DNA of 41,237 bases from the NCBI GenBank assembly GCA_051942205.1, contig JAVECO010000010.1, forward strand, positions 186,001 through 227,237. The letters are read 5' to 3'. Positions within the stretch are counted from its first letter, which is position 1. Each line of letters opens with the position of its first letter. This document shows positions 23,191-35,506 of this stretch, one piece after another. The stretch is from Coniocarpon cinnabarinum. Its lineage: Eukaryota. Below the pieces are notes generated by a model. It saw only the letters and a program-made list of their open reading frames with translations, searched no databases and was not told the DNA's origin. The position numbers and the translations under genes are program-made.

Positions 23191-23695
23191 CGACTCGACA
23201 GCTGCTTTCAATGGCTCCTTTTGAAATCTCAAATCGGAACAGTCTGCGCATTCTCGATCACGACAGCGGAGCATCGCCGCCATGATTACATAAATTGCAT
23301 TTGTCCGTGATGTTTCAAAGCATGGCTCATTTCCAGCAGTTATGTACTGTATGTAGCTTTCAAGGAACGCATTTCCAACGAAGCATTTCAATTAGAGCCG
23401 GGCAAAAGTGTTTTTCGTTTGATTGAGACACTTGTTATGAGGTTCCATCCTGCTGGTAGTTAAAACACGGAGTCGGCGTCCTGCGCGTCTATCCCGCATC
23501 GCGCTAGTGACCTGTCGCCGGAACGCGCCAACGATTGCCGAAGATGGCGCCGAGGGCCCGGATCATCTCAAGCTCCACGCCCGACACAATTCGCCTCCCT
23601 CGCATCCACGTTAACCCATTGAAGATCCGGGTCACGCGCCACACAAGCAGCCTAAAAATTCGCTGAATCGCTAGCTAGCATGACGTCCATCCTCC

Positions 23696-25672
23696 ATGAA
23701 CCACCCCCGCGACCTCACCTCCGACTCCGCTTCCTCGCTTCCCTCCACGGGCCTCAACACGCCCGACACTTCGACCTCCCACCTTGACGCCGACGATCAG
23801 CCATCCAGCGCGGCAGACCCGCTATTGCCGGCTGGTGCATCTGGGCCAGAGGCGACTGAATTGAATGATATGGGCAAGACGAGGGATGATACCTCTATTC
23901 ACTCGGCGGAGAACGGGGATGAGCATCTGGAGATCGCACCAATACGACATGGTGGTGCGGTTTGGGAGACGAGGGAAACGTATGGACCACCGGGTATGTT
24001 TGAGATTCCCAGCTTAAATTGCCCTACTCAACCCACTCGATTCGTCGAATGTCCACTGGCAAGATATGCCTGCGCGTGCTCTTGTCTCAGGTATAAATGA
24101 ACACCGTACTAATCCAATACCACAGGCTTCACCGGCATCCTCGCCAACCCCTTCGTCTTCTTCTGCGCAATCTTCACAGCCCTTGGTGGCCTCCTCTTCG
24201 GCTATGACCAAGGCGTCGTCTCCGTCATCTTGGTAATGCCCCAATTCCTCGCGCGGATCGGCCGCATCGCGGACGGCGTGCCCTCTGCTGGATTCTGGAA
24301 AGGCCTGCTCACCGCCATGATCGAGCTGGGCGCATTTCTGGGAGCCCTCAACCAAGGATGGCTCGCCGACAAGATCTCAAGACGCTACTCCATCATCGTT
24401 GCTGTGTGTATATTCACGGTTGGCAGTGCGTTACAGACGGGTGCTGTCGATTATGCCATGCTTACGACTGCCCGCTTCATTGGCGGGACGGGCATCGGCA
24501 TGCTTTCGATGGTCGCGCCTTTGTATATTTCTGAAATCTCACCTCCTGAGATCCGCGGCGCATTGCTTGTCCTCGAAGAATTCGCGATCGTGACGGGGAT
24601 CGTCATTGCCTTCTGGATCACCTACGGGACACAGTACATGTCCGGCGAATGGTCCTGGCGCCTCCCCTTCCTCATTCAAATCCTCCCCGGCTTCCTATTG
24701 GGAATCGGCACGCTCTTTCTGCCGTTCTCACCTCGGTGGCTCGTCTCCAAAGGCCGCAACGCAGAAGCACTCAAGTCATTGATCCGTATCCGCGGCCTAC
24801 CCGCTGACGACAAACGCGTCCAGGCCGAATTCTTCGACATCAAAGCTGAGGCTCGTCTCCAACGTGTTGCCCTCCGCGAACGACACGGCTCCTGCTTCCG
24901 CGACGGCGAGGACGAGCCCTCCTCTACGTCGCGCAAGCTCCGTCTGGAACTGCTCAGCTGGTCCGATCTCTTCGGCGCGAAGTGCTGGAAGCGCACACAA
25001 GCGGCCGCAGGCATGATGTTCTTCCAGCAATTCGTGGGCATCAACGCGTTGATCTACTACTCACCCACGCTCTTCAAAACGATGGGACTCGACCACAGTA
25101 TGCAACTCATCCTCTCCGGCGTGTTGAACGTCACACAACTCGTCGGCGTGTCGACTTCGATCTTCACGATGGACTGGCTCGGTCGCAAGACACTCCTCAT
25201 GTGGGGCTCCGTGGGCATGTTCGTGGCCCACGTCGTGATCGCCGGCCTCGTCGGTGCTTACTCCGACAATTGGCCCGCTCACAAAGCCGAGGGCTGGGTA
25301 TCCGCCGGCTTTCTCTTCTTCTACATGCTCTCCTTCGGCGCCTCCTGGGGTCCCGTCCCGTGGGCGTATCCCGCTGAGATCTTCCCCTCCTCTTTAAGAG
25401 GCAAAGGCGTCGCGATCAGCACGGCGACAAACTGGCTCATGAATTTCATCATCGGGCTGATTACGCCGCCCCTTGTTGAGAACACGAATTACGGCGCGTA
25501 TATTTTCTTTGCGGTGTGGTGTTTGCTTAGTCTGTTGTGGACGTGGTGGGGCGTTAAGGAGACGAAAGGACGGACGCTGGAGCAGATGGATCATGTCTTT
25601 GGGGATAATAGCGCTGAGGAGGATCGGAGGAGGAGAGAGCGAGTGGAGGGGGAACTGGGGGGATCGAGATGA
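23696..25672 (+). CDS. MFS sugar porter (monosaccharide transporter). Exons 23696-23993 and 24126-25672
   Basis: A GTATGT..CTAAT..CAG intron yields LGGLLFGYDQGVVS. Also ADKISRR, PLYISEISPPEIRG, PFSPRWL, FFQQFVGINALIYY, WGPVPWAYPAEIFP and ETKGRTLEQMD. Confidence 0.96.
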
Positions 25673-26200
25673 CAATGGTGGAGTTTCAGTGGGCGAAGGG
25701 GGACAGAAGACCACGGAGCACAGGTGAAGAGAGGGATCTGGTAACAAGGATGGACACGGTGACAGTGTGAATATGTTGGATCAGTTTTTCATTTGGATAC
25801 CCATACGATATAGGAACTCGCAGAAGTCGGTGCTTCACCAGATCTGGGTAATGTTTTATCCTCTAACTTCGGGTTAGCATCGTAACTTGCTACAAAGTCA
25901 TACTCCAAAGTCTTGTCACACTCGTTTCGTGCGCAGAAATGAGCGAGACTGACCGAGATCTATCGTTGAGCGATACGATGAGCGATACGGCAGCTATGCG
26001 TACATCACTCGGCTAGGTATTACATTTCTCGATTTACAGCACCATTGCACGCCTGAAGACTGGCCGCAACGTCCCATGACAGCAGCCCATACCCATGAGT
26101 GGAGAGCGAGACGAAGAATACCAAACGATGCAGGACGATTGGACATCAAGATTATATTCAGTACACGTTGATGCCATGCCGGAAATGGCCGTCTGCAATA

Positions 26201-29200
26201 CTAGAAGTGTGTTGGCATGGCGTGTATATTACTCGCGAGCGTGGACATCCCGCCTCTCGATGAGCTTGCAGCACCCCTACCTCTGCTCGCACCTGCTCGT
26301 CCACCTCTCGATACCCCAGCACTAGCTTGTCGAGAGGGAGCTCTGGCAGCGTGTCCACCACCACTCTGCTTCCGTTTTTTGAAAATCTTTGCCCTGCCAC
26401 CACGTCTACTTCCTCTCGGTTTGCCCCTGGTAGTGCCCTGAAAAGGAGGGCTGGATCGCTGGTTGCCTGACCAGCCACGCCGGCTTCCAAAATCCTGCAT
26501 AGGTGGTTGAGGTTTATTTTGTCGGACAGGCGGCTTGTTTTCAAAGTACTGGCTCGTCTCCAAGGATTCTTCAAGGTCTGCATCCTCGAACTCATCCGCG
26601 GAACCTTCCTCTTCTTCTTCGTCTTCTTCGCCTTCATAGTAAACGCCATCGTCTCTGTACTCTGCTTGACGATTGTCCGTGGCTTCTTCGTCACTGACGA
26701 GATCGACAACGTTCTTGTGGTTAGGATCGGCATCTCGGTCTTCCGCATTGCGCATCAATTCTTCATAGATAGACTTCGTATGCTTAATCCGCTGGATGAA
26801 TTCTTGGCCGTAGAGTTCATACTTATCTTCGTCAATGCCCGGGATCATGCAGAAATCGTCCTTATTGGTGGGGAATGAAATCGCCATCTGGCGGAGCATT
26901 TTGTCAGTGAAGGGTGCAGCACGCAACTTCTTCTTGAGGACCAGCCGTCGTTGATGGTCCTGGCATTCGATTACGAAGCCATCGATCACGTTTCTGTGAA
27001 TGTCGCTCAGAGACTCTATCTCAGGGTCGCTTCGGATAGGAGGCCCGTTTGCCGGCGAACGTCTTCGTTTCCGAACTCTCGCTGGCGTTTCGAAGGACGC
27101 TCTGAAATCGTCTTCATCAGCGTAAGGTGCGACAGGGTGACGTGGTGCGGGGGTTGGGCCGAAGGCGTCCTCGTCATCCTCATCGTCACTTTCGTAGGAG
27201 GGAACTGCGGCTCTCGGGCGGATTCTTTTGCCGACCACCGGTGATGGGATGTTAGTCGACATCGGTGCAGCATGACGAGACGTCGCCTTATTCTTGCCTC
27301 GTTTGGCGGATTTGACTGGGTTGGATGGCCCGTTCTCTTTCGCTTGAGCAGTCACGTTGATCTCAAGCTCAACCTTGACTACGAGATTGAGAGTTAGTAA
27401 GGTATTGATATAAACGTCAAGGTTCGACCGCCAGCCACTTGACATCGTTCTCAATGATGTAAGAAGAACATTACGTACCTTGCTTACTTGCGAAATACGA
27501 GGCGCGCTTATTGGTGAAGATGTATCCAACACAAAAACCTTTGCGGTTTTCGTGCTGCACCTCCTCCAATGCGTCCTCAGCCATTAGACGAAAGAACAGA
27601 CGTTCTGCAACTGTGCGATCAAGTCCTTCTCCAGCCCCAAATGTTGCTAGGTCTTGATAGCCCATTTCTTTTACTTTCCTTGACGCATGGCCGTTGAAGA
27701 TGTCAAGACATTGCACAAGTGTGACTCCTTGTTGCTTTCTACTGTAGGGTTGGACCTCCTGTAATGGCTTGATTAGCAAAGTGTGGCATGGTGACGTAGA
27801 TTCGCATATATCCAAAGGTGCTCAAATGCTCAGAGTGACTTACTTGGACTAGTTGCACAGCAGATGCAGCATACTCAGTGAAATCGTGAGTCTCGAACAC
27901 CGAGTTTGAGGTGCAGTTGTCGCATGTCCGTCGGCAATCCTCTTTCTTGAACGACTCGTTGAAGTATCGAAGGATCTGCACTCGCCGGCAGTCGCTCCCG
28001 TTCTCGCAAAACCAGTGAACCTTTTTCAACATAGCCAGTTGACGGTCTATTTGGTCTCGCGTGACGTCCTTGGCCGTTTCAGTCATTTTGCGGTATTTGA
28101 CAAAGTCTCCGTAGTGATAGAAGAGGTAGCATTTTGACTTGAGGCCATCGCGACCCGCCCGTCCTGTCTCTTGATAGTAACCCTCAAGACTTTTGGGCAT
28201 GCTGTCATGTATAACATATCGAACGTCAGCCTTGTCGATGCCCATGCCAAAGGCTATCGTTGCGACAATCACATGGATCTTTCCACGTTGCCATTTCTGC
28301 TGTACGGTCGCTCGCTGATCACGATCCATGCCGGCGTGATAGTGTGCTGTATTTATACTGAATTGCTTTTTAAGTTTTTCCGCCAAAGCTTCGCATCGTT
28401 TTCGCGAGAAACAGTAAATGATGCCGCTTTTGCCCTGTCAACACCTTGTCAGTGAGATGTACAGCAGCACAACTGGGGTGTTGCCGAGGGACTTTCTTGA
28501 ACTGCAATGATTCAACACACCTTGTACTTATTTTTCATAATATCAACCATTTCATGCATGTTCTCACTCGCCGTTTTCTTCAGCCGCACCTCATAAGTCA
28601 GATTTGGTCTGTTGAAACTCTGCTTTAATACCAGACAGCCCTGAATTTGAAGATTGGATATCACATCAGCTTTCACGTTCTCTGTAGCAGTGGCAGTGCA
28701 CGCCATGAATGGCACGCCGGGGAACTTGTCTCGCAGTGCTCCCAGCTGAGTATAGTCAGGCCTAAAATCGTGACCCCACTGACTCACACAATGAGCCTCA
28801 TCGATGACAATGCGGGCAAGACAATTTCTTGCATGAAGCTGAGACAGAATATCAGACATAGCATTGCTGAAACTCAGAAGTTCAGGCGTTACGTAAACCA
28901 AGTTGATGAGTTCTTTGGGGGCTGCTTGTTGTAAGTTCCGAAGGATCTCTCGTTTGTCGTCAGATGAAGTATCACTGTTCAACACGACTGCGTTGACGCC
29001 TTTGCTTTTGAGAGCTATGACTTGGTCTTGCATGAGACTTATGAGTGGAGAAACAACTATGGTGACGCCTTTCCTGGGAGCTGAGCCTACGATAGCGGGC
29101 AATTGGTAGCAAAGCGACTTGCCACCTCCAGTGGGCATCAGTATGAAGACATCTCTACCATTGAGAGTGGCGTTGATGGCTTCAAGTTGATTCGTTCGGA

Positions 29201-30437
29201 AGCCGCGCATTTTGAATCGCTTGAACATAGCATCACGTACTTCAGCGCCCCAGGGTTTGGAATCCAGTTCCCGAAGCGCGGCGTTGTCAGCCTTGCGTTG
29301 TTTTGCTGTAGCCGGTGAGACGACTTGAGCTGCGTTTCCAGACACTTCTTGAAGAGGTACCCTTCGCCCAGTGTTGTGGGTCGAGGGGATGCTGGTCCTC
29401 GTGCTTGCAACTTCAGCAGCGGCAATCATGTCGGCGTCATCATCCTCATCCAGTAAGTCTTCATCACCATCCGAGAAGCTCTCTCTGAACTCGGCATATG
29501 CAGCTGATTCATCTCCGTAGTTCATCTCTGCACCCTCCTGAACTTCCTCTGAATCAGCACTGAAGTATTGCTCTACGTCCTCATCAGACTGTATCCCATT
29601 GGACTTTTGCATCTTTTGCGCTTCCGTTTGTTCGGCCCCAAACTTCAGCCAATCATGTGGTCCAGTTTTATGCTTGTCAGACAATTCTGGTGAGAAGGTA
29701 ATCCGTCCCGCTTGCTTCTGAAAGTCAAAGTCCTCAACGAACTCAGAGCTTTTCCTTTTTCGACCAGCCTGCAGCTGAGGACTATGAGATGTACGAAGCC
29801 TTGCAGAAATCTTCGGACTCTCGCGTATGCTACAGGGCCTCTTTGGAGGTACTGGTGTATCGACAACATCTGCGATGTAATCAGGGCGTTGGTCACATTT
29901 CTGGATAGATGCGCGCGGAGGCGTAACAGCCCGGGCTTGATCCGCTCCATCAGTGAGGTCGATGATCTCGAAGGGAAATGATTGCGTCGATTTGACGACA
30001 GGTGCACTGGGGGTTGGATATGGCAACGCGTCATGTTGAAAGTCTTTCGCATTTGAAGTTGCTGACCACGATTTCGCCGCTGAGTTGACGGCCGGCTTCG
30101 GAGTCTTCACAGGACTTCGGCGAGGGGCGGGACATCTCGTTGTTGCGATCGCATCGGTAGTGTGCGAGGTACGAGCTTGAGTTGGCATGTGTGCCTCATC
30201 GGTCGCTGATGCAGGAATTCGGCCTAGCTGAGTGGATGGTTGTGTCGGTTGCGGGCCATCTTCAGTCTCCTCCGGAATGCTGTCGAAACCGCGTGGATCT
30301 GGATTCAGCCCCACGGTTTGGTCAGAAATGAAGCTTTGGCTGGAGACCGCGTTGTATGGCAATTGTCTGTGGGCAGGATCAAATGCTCGCGAGCTTAGAA
30401 GCCATTGCAAGTGAGAGTCGAGGTTGTTGATAGACAT
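26201..30437 (-). CDS. SGS1: RecQ family DNA helicase (Sgs1/BLM/MusN-type). Exons 30437-28521, 28434-27844, 27758-27479, 27378-26201
   Basis: N-terminal MSINNL, motif 0 FRTNQLEAINA, MPTGGGKSLCYQLP, IDEAHCVSQWGHDFRPDY, SGIIYC, ATIAFGMGIDKADVR and YYQETGRAGRDG. RQC Zn motif CRR..CDNC, a winged-helix exon and an HRDC-like segment (FTDKMLRQMA..IPGI) follow. Introns are canonical. Confidence 0.94.
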
Positions 30438-30585
30438 GAGCATCCAGACATGGCGAATCGTTCAGCTCAGTGGACGAATGATTCGAATGTAGCAAGACGA
30501 CAATCTTTGTGGGCTTTGAGCTTGTACACGACCTCAGGTTCCTACTGTTTTGTTCAGAGATGCGCCTTCCATTCTGGCCTACCTC

Positions 30586-30845
30586 ACGACGCGTCGAGGC
30601 GCGCGACCACGTGATGATACAGCGAAGTCGCTCGTTCGGGCAAATGATATCATCAACCGCTGCCGCCCCTCGGATCACCTACGCCTGCGTTCGCTGATGA
30701 CTTTGCAAGAGGTATATTTATGTGAGCAGAGTTTGTCGGATTCCACCGCTCTACCAAAATTCACCATCTCAACAAGATACACGTGACTTTTTAGAAATAT
30801 TTGTGAAGGGGTCAATCAAGCAAAAAAGCAAAACGACGCGTCGAG
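30586..30845. promoter_or_regulatory. Divergent RecQ/PKR1 promoter with two MCB sites (ACGCGT) and two CACGTG E-boxes
   Basis: ACGACGCGTCGAG at 30586 and 30833; CACGTG at 30608 and 30780. Confidence 0.55.
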
Positions 30846-30969
30846 TTCGCGGTCATCGATTTATCAACTCCAACGGCGATCACATAGAGGGCCGCATCTT
30901 GAGTCGCCGAGCTGATCGTGTCAGCTTCCCGCGTTTGCAATACTACGCGACTCTGGTCCAACGGAGATC

Positions 30970-31560
30970 ATGGCGAACTTCATGGAGGAGCTATGGAATT
31001 CTATCTTCACGCCTGGTCCTACTCCAACTCTACTAATCGCGACGAATGTTACGTTTGGCGCCCTACTGTTCCTGTTGGTCTGTCTCTTGATTGTAACCTG
31101 GAGCATACACTTCCTGATACTTTCGATACTGTCAGCCTCTCTTTGGGCAGCCATCAATTGGTTTGCTCGTGAGGTCAACTTGGCTCATACCCGTGAAGAG
31201 TATCTTTTAGCCAAAGATTCGAACACCGCTAAGGTCAAGCCTGACGCTACGTCTGACCAATCAGTGGACGAGATGGACAGCGGCGACGACACGGAAATTG
31301 AAGCTGGAGATCAGCAGCGCGATCGGGAGAGCACACCCCAAGTTGCGACTCCTACGGTGAAAGCAATCACGGGCACATCTGGTAGTTGGACGAGCTTCAA
31401 GGTGTCTCAGAGCGGCGCAGAAGATAGATCTAACACAACTTCTCGACAATTCTCTGGCTCTGATGGCGAAGCGAGGAGAAGAGCACATCAAAGTATGGCA
31501 GAGTCCACTGGCTCGCTCAGCACAGATAGCGAATGGGAGAAAGTTGACGAAGAGCAATGA
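30970..31560 (+). CDS. PKR1: V-ATPase assembly factor Pkr1 (ER membrane)
   Basis: MANFMEELWNSIFTPGPTPTLLIATNVTF, two hydrophobic helices, LWAAINWF and C-terminal STDSEWEKV. Confidence 0.92.
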   Translation: MANFMEELWNSIFTPGPTPTLLIATNVTFGALLFLLVCLLIVTWSIHFLILSILSASLWAAINWFAREVNLAHTREEYLLAKDSNTAKVKPDATSDQSVDEMDSGDDTEIEAGDQQRDRESTPQVATPTVKAITGTSGSWTSFKVSQSGAEDRSNTTSRQFSGSDGEARRRAHQSMAESTGSLSTDSEWEKVDEEQ

Positions 31561-31930
31561 TCCTCGGGTGATAGCCCAAGTGAATTGCGAAAGACTCTTA
31601 ACCTGTTCATAACAGGATCAATATATCAGCGACGGGTTGGTTTTCTTGCATGACCTCCGCCGTTGTATTTTCTGAGTCTTGAGCAGTGTACGGATCGGGA
31701 GTACGCATACAGAGCTAAGCTTAGGATCACGTGTCAGGTAGAGCTTGTCCGTGCATCACGTGACATGTGCGCGGCCTGTGCTTTTCAATGTGATTCGGTC
31801 ACAAATAAACCACCATTCTTCTGCGCGCGATACATAGACTGCTCGCTCTACCTTGCCCAACAACAAGATCAGAGACCTCTTGCGTTGCAGACTTTGCGCC
31901 AGTCGTGCTGGTGAGGCTCCGACCGCTACA

Positions 31931-32394
31931 ATGAAGCTCGTCAGGTAGGCAAATACCTCGTGAACGGCGCGTCTTTACTGGCATCCGCTAACTTGCCGCG
32001 CTCATAAAGATTTTTGATGAAATGCCAGAACGAGACTGTTTCGATTGAGCTGAAGAACGGCACAATCGCCCATGGCACGGTTGCATCTGTTTCACCACTC
32101 ATGAATATCGCCCTCAGAACCGTGAAGATGACCCCAAAGAGTCGAGGTGCAGGCAGTCAGGCTGCCGCTGAGACACAACAACTGGACACAATCAATGTTC
32201 GTGGCAGTACCATTCGCTACATCATACTGCCAGACAGTCTTCAACTGGATACGTTACTGGTCGACGATGCACCGAAGCCCAAGAACAAGGCAAGAAAGGA
32301 AACAGACCGCGGCGGACGTGGAGGCGGCGGCGGACGCGGTGGACCTCGAGGTCGTGGTAGAGGGAGAGGACGTGGCAGAGGTCGGGGTTTTTGA
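31931..32394 (+). CDS. SMD1: Small nuclear ribonucleoprotein Sm D1. Exons 31931-31944 and 32010-32394
   Basis: Spliced [23 protein letters not shown], Sm2 motif [14 protein letters not shown] and a C-terminal RG repeat tail. Confidence 0.97.
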
Positions 32395-32760
32395 TTGCAT
32401 TCCTGCCTTGCAATCACACCATTGTCTTGGGAAAGCACGCCTATTGAGTCTGTGAAGGCTGTCTTTGGCTCCTGCGCGGCCACAATGTGTCATTGATGCT
32501 TCTGGTTCCAGGGATCTACCAGGTCGAACGTCAAGCTATGCCACCCACACTGACCTCTCAGCAAACGACTAGACGTTGTGTGGTGCTCGGCCATATCATT
32601 GCGCGCAAGCTTGCAGTGCAACAAAATCTAGTGTAGAAGTAAGTATATTGATGCTCTATTGAGTCATGAATGAACGTTGCTAAGTTGCAAGGGTCTTCGA
32701 TCCATGCCTTTGTCATGATACCCAAAGCTTCGAAAGAGCCAAGCCGAGCTTTTATCTTTG

Positions 32761-33504
32761 CTACAGGTCTCGCGCGATCCGCACAATACAAAGATTCTCT
32801 AGCCCCCCAGTGCGGCCGCTGGTCCTGACCACTTCGGCTGCCCATTGACTGCCTTGCCAAGCTTTCACCCTCTCCACAACTTGTTCAGGTTGGTTTCGCC
32901 TGCACAGGAGAACGTAAGCGACACCGCAAGCACCAAGGACAGTTGATAGAGCTGCAAGCAATCGATCTGTCACTTCCATGCCATCCGCGCCACCGTCCGT
33001 CGCCAGCGCCAGCAATGTGTTCTGAAGGTCAAATGGCTCGAGGTCCTCCAGCTTTTCGTAAGTCGCAACAGCATCCGAAGGCACGTACGGCGGATTGAAT
33101 AGCAACACGTCTACGGTCCTTGGGCGTATTGCGCTTCCCAGATCAGCAGTGATGCAGCCAAGATTGACGCCAAGCTGTACGTCGTCACCATCGCATATCT
33201 CATCACAATGCTTCTCAACCGTCACTTGGCCTGCTCGGCACGCCTCAACGTTGACGTCGACCCCTACTGTGAGTAGATCCTGGCGCCCTGTAATGGCCGC
33301 CGCATTAGCGGTCAAGGATGCAAGGATGAGGCCCGATCCAGTGCCAATCTCGACTGCGAGGGGCGTACGATGGAGCCGCCTGAAACGGTCTGTCAGATAC
33401 TGTCTCTCAGAGGCAGCTGAGAGTGCATCTAGAAAGAGATACGAATCCTCTGAGGGCGGGTAGATGCTGGATGATATGTGATCAGTGTTGGGAGTGGGAA
33501 GCAT
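32761..33504 (-). CDS. MTQ2: eRF1 glutamine methyltransferase catalytic subunit (HemK2/N6AMT1/Mtq2)
   Basis: MLPTP..IYPPSEDSYLFLD, EIGTGSG, FNPPYVP, GGADGMEVTDRLL, AYVLLC and ENLCIVRI. ATG at 33504. Confidence 0.92.
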   Translation of the reverse strand: MLPTPNTDHISSSIYPPSEDSYLFLDALSAASERQYLTDRFRRLHRTPLAVEIGTGSGLILASLTANAAAITGRQDLLTVGVDVNVEACRAGQVTVEKHCDEICDGDDVQLGVNLGCITADLGSAIRPRTVDVLLFNPPYVPSDAVATYEKLEDLEPFDLQNTLLALATDGGADGMEVTDRLLAALSTVLGACGVAYVLLCRRNQPEQVVERVKAWQGSQWAAEVVRTSGRTGGLENLCIVRIARDL

Positions 33505-34624
33505 AGCATATGTAATGAGCAAAAAGAAGACAGGCTTGTCATATCGCAAATCACTCAGCAATCTGACCTGCGCTACAGGCCACGAACGTTCATACTTCTT
33601 GGTCGACGATAGCGTGCGCGAACTAATTTCAGTAGCATTCAGCCACCCTGCTGTTCTTTTGAGTGATCGTGCATAAGATCACGTGCTTTTATTTAGTACC
33701 TAGGTACCACAAAGTCTGACGTCGACAGAGCCACGCGTGCGAAACTTTCCCCAAGCAAATTGAAGGTCAACTTATTTGGACAATGATTAATGCAGGCATC
33801 TGTGTCATAAACACGCAATATTACAGCGACCTCGTCGCGTCGAGGGGTGGTCAGTGCGATGGCTAATTTTCCTTCCTGTGTGAAAACTTTTTCACTCGCG
33901 ATCGTTCTATATCGCATTATAGATCTGAGCATCTAACAATCTTCGTCGTCTTGATGGTAGTACCGAGGTTCTTGGGCAACACAGTCGAGTTTTCGACAAG
34001 CCGTGATATCTACGCCGCCCCCAGAGATACGATGGGGCGGCTTACTCTCTTAACTGAAAACGTCTGCATGTGTGACAAGCATTGTGGTAGTCTAGATCCA
34101 CAACCAAAATCTCACCTTCAACATGTATCAATCTATTTCTCTCCCTCAGTCTGTCATTTCACATTCTCCCGTCCCCTTAAGTCGTCACTGCAACTATCAT
34201 ACTCGTGCAACGTGAGCTTTAAGAGCTCACTACGTCCCTAATCCTTTCGGAGACTTCTCGCTCTGAAATACGCGGCTTTTTAAAAAAAAAGCATAGTAAT
34301 ATCTCGAGGATCTCACAGGCTCGCGAACGCCAGGCTATTGATCATGGCGGATAGAACGACGACAGATGATCTTGATCTTAGTAAGATACACATCCCCGAG
34401 GGGTTTCCGCCGCTGGTAAGTTCTGTGTCCGCGAAGAGGTATGATAGGCAAAGCTTAATGCTGTCTTCTGAGCAACGAGTGCTCTTCAAAGTCAGCCCAA
34501 GCTGGAACTGCATATAAAGTACTTTCGGTAGACCCTATATGGATCCGCTGATATTGTTCTCACAACGATGATCCACGATTTTCCAGAGCCTATGCTTGCT
34601 GAAATGCAGCAATGACTTTGCTAA

Positions 34625-35506
34625 ATGATGTGCCAACAGACACAGCCAACCAAGGACGAGAACAAATTCGCGAAAGAGAAGATCAAGATCGAGTACGTCC
34701 AGCCAGATGATATTCTCGAATATGTATGTATCCCCACGTGAGCTGTCCCAGGGTGCCCACGATAACAGGACCCAGGCCGCTATTTGCTACGAAGCATTCC
34801 CCGACACCTTCTGGGACGCCTTCGAAACACCCGACCGGCCATCCCTCGAAGAACGCACAAAGCGTCTAGCAAAGCACTTCCTCCCCTGGCTCTCCATGCC
34901 CGGCTACCACGCCATCAAAGCCGTAAACGCCGACACGGGCGAAATCGTAAGCCTTCACCCTTATTGCAGCCTTCAACCCCAACTCACTCGAAACAGATGG
35001 GTATCGCCTCCTGGATGGAAAACGGCAAATTCCCCATCTACCCAACAAGCTACCCTATGTTCCCCAACTACAAGTTCCCCTCTACTTACATCCCCTGCAC
35101 CTGGCGCGACGACCTCGTCATCCCCATGGGCTTCAACGAAACACACCACTGGAGCACTCAAGAAGTCAAAGAGATGTACGCGCACCACAGTCCCCAGTGG
35201 TTCCCCGAGTTCGAAAAATACGACATCGGGCGCCTGGCCGAAATGGGTGAAACGCCACATTGGTACCTCGCGCCGCTGTGCGTCAAGGAGAAGTATTGGG
35301 CCCGCGGCGTGGGGAAGGCGCTGAGCATGTGGGGGATTGAAAGGGCGGATAGTGCGACTCCGCCGCTGCCCTGCGTGCTTGAGGCGTTTCCGAATGCTCG
35401 GCCCGTTTATTATCATTTGGGGTTTCGGCCCACGGCGCATCGGGGGGTTTGTAAGGAGACGCAGTTGGTGAGGCCGGCGAAGGGGTGTGAGACTCGAGCA
35501 GGGTGA
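34625..35506 (+). CDS. GNAT-family acetyltransferase. Probable exons 34625-34723, 34776-34946, 34997-35506
   Basis: HWYLAPLCVKEKYWARGVGKAL (motif A) and LEAFPNARPVYYHLGF (motif B). GTATGT..CAG and GTAAGC..CAG introns join IEYVQPDDILEY / AAICYEAF..KAVNADTGEI / MGIASW in frame. The start codon is uncertain. Confidence 0.85.

Noticed and set aside
34784..35324. Apparent frameshift between the two overlapping GNAT ORFs
   Set aside because: It is resolved by the canonical 50-nt intron at 34947-34996, so this is not a pseudogene.
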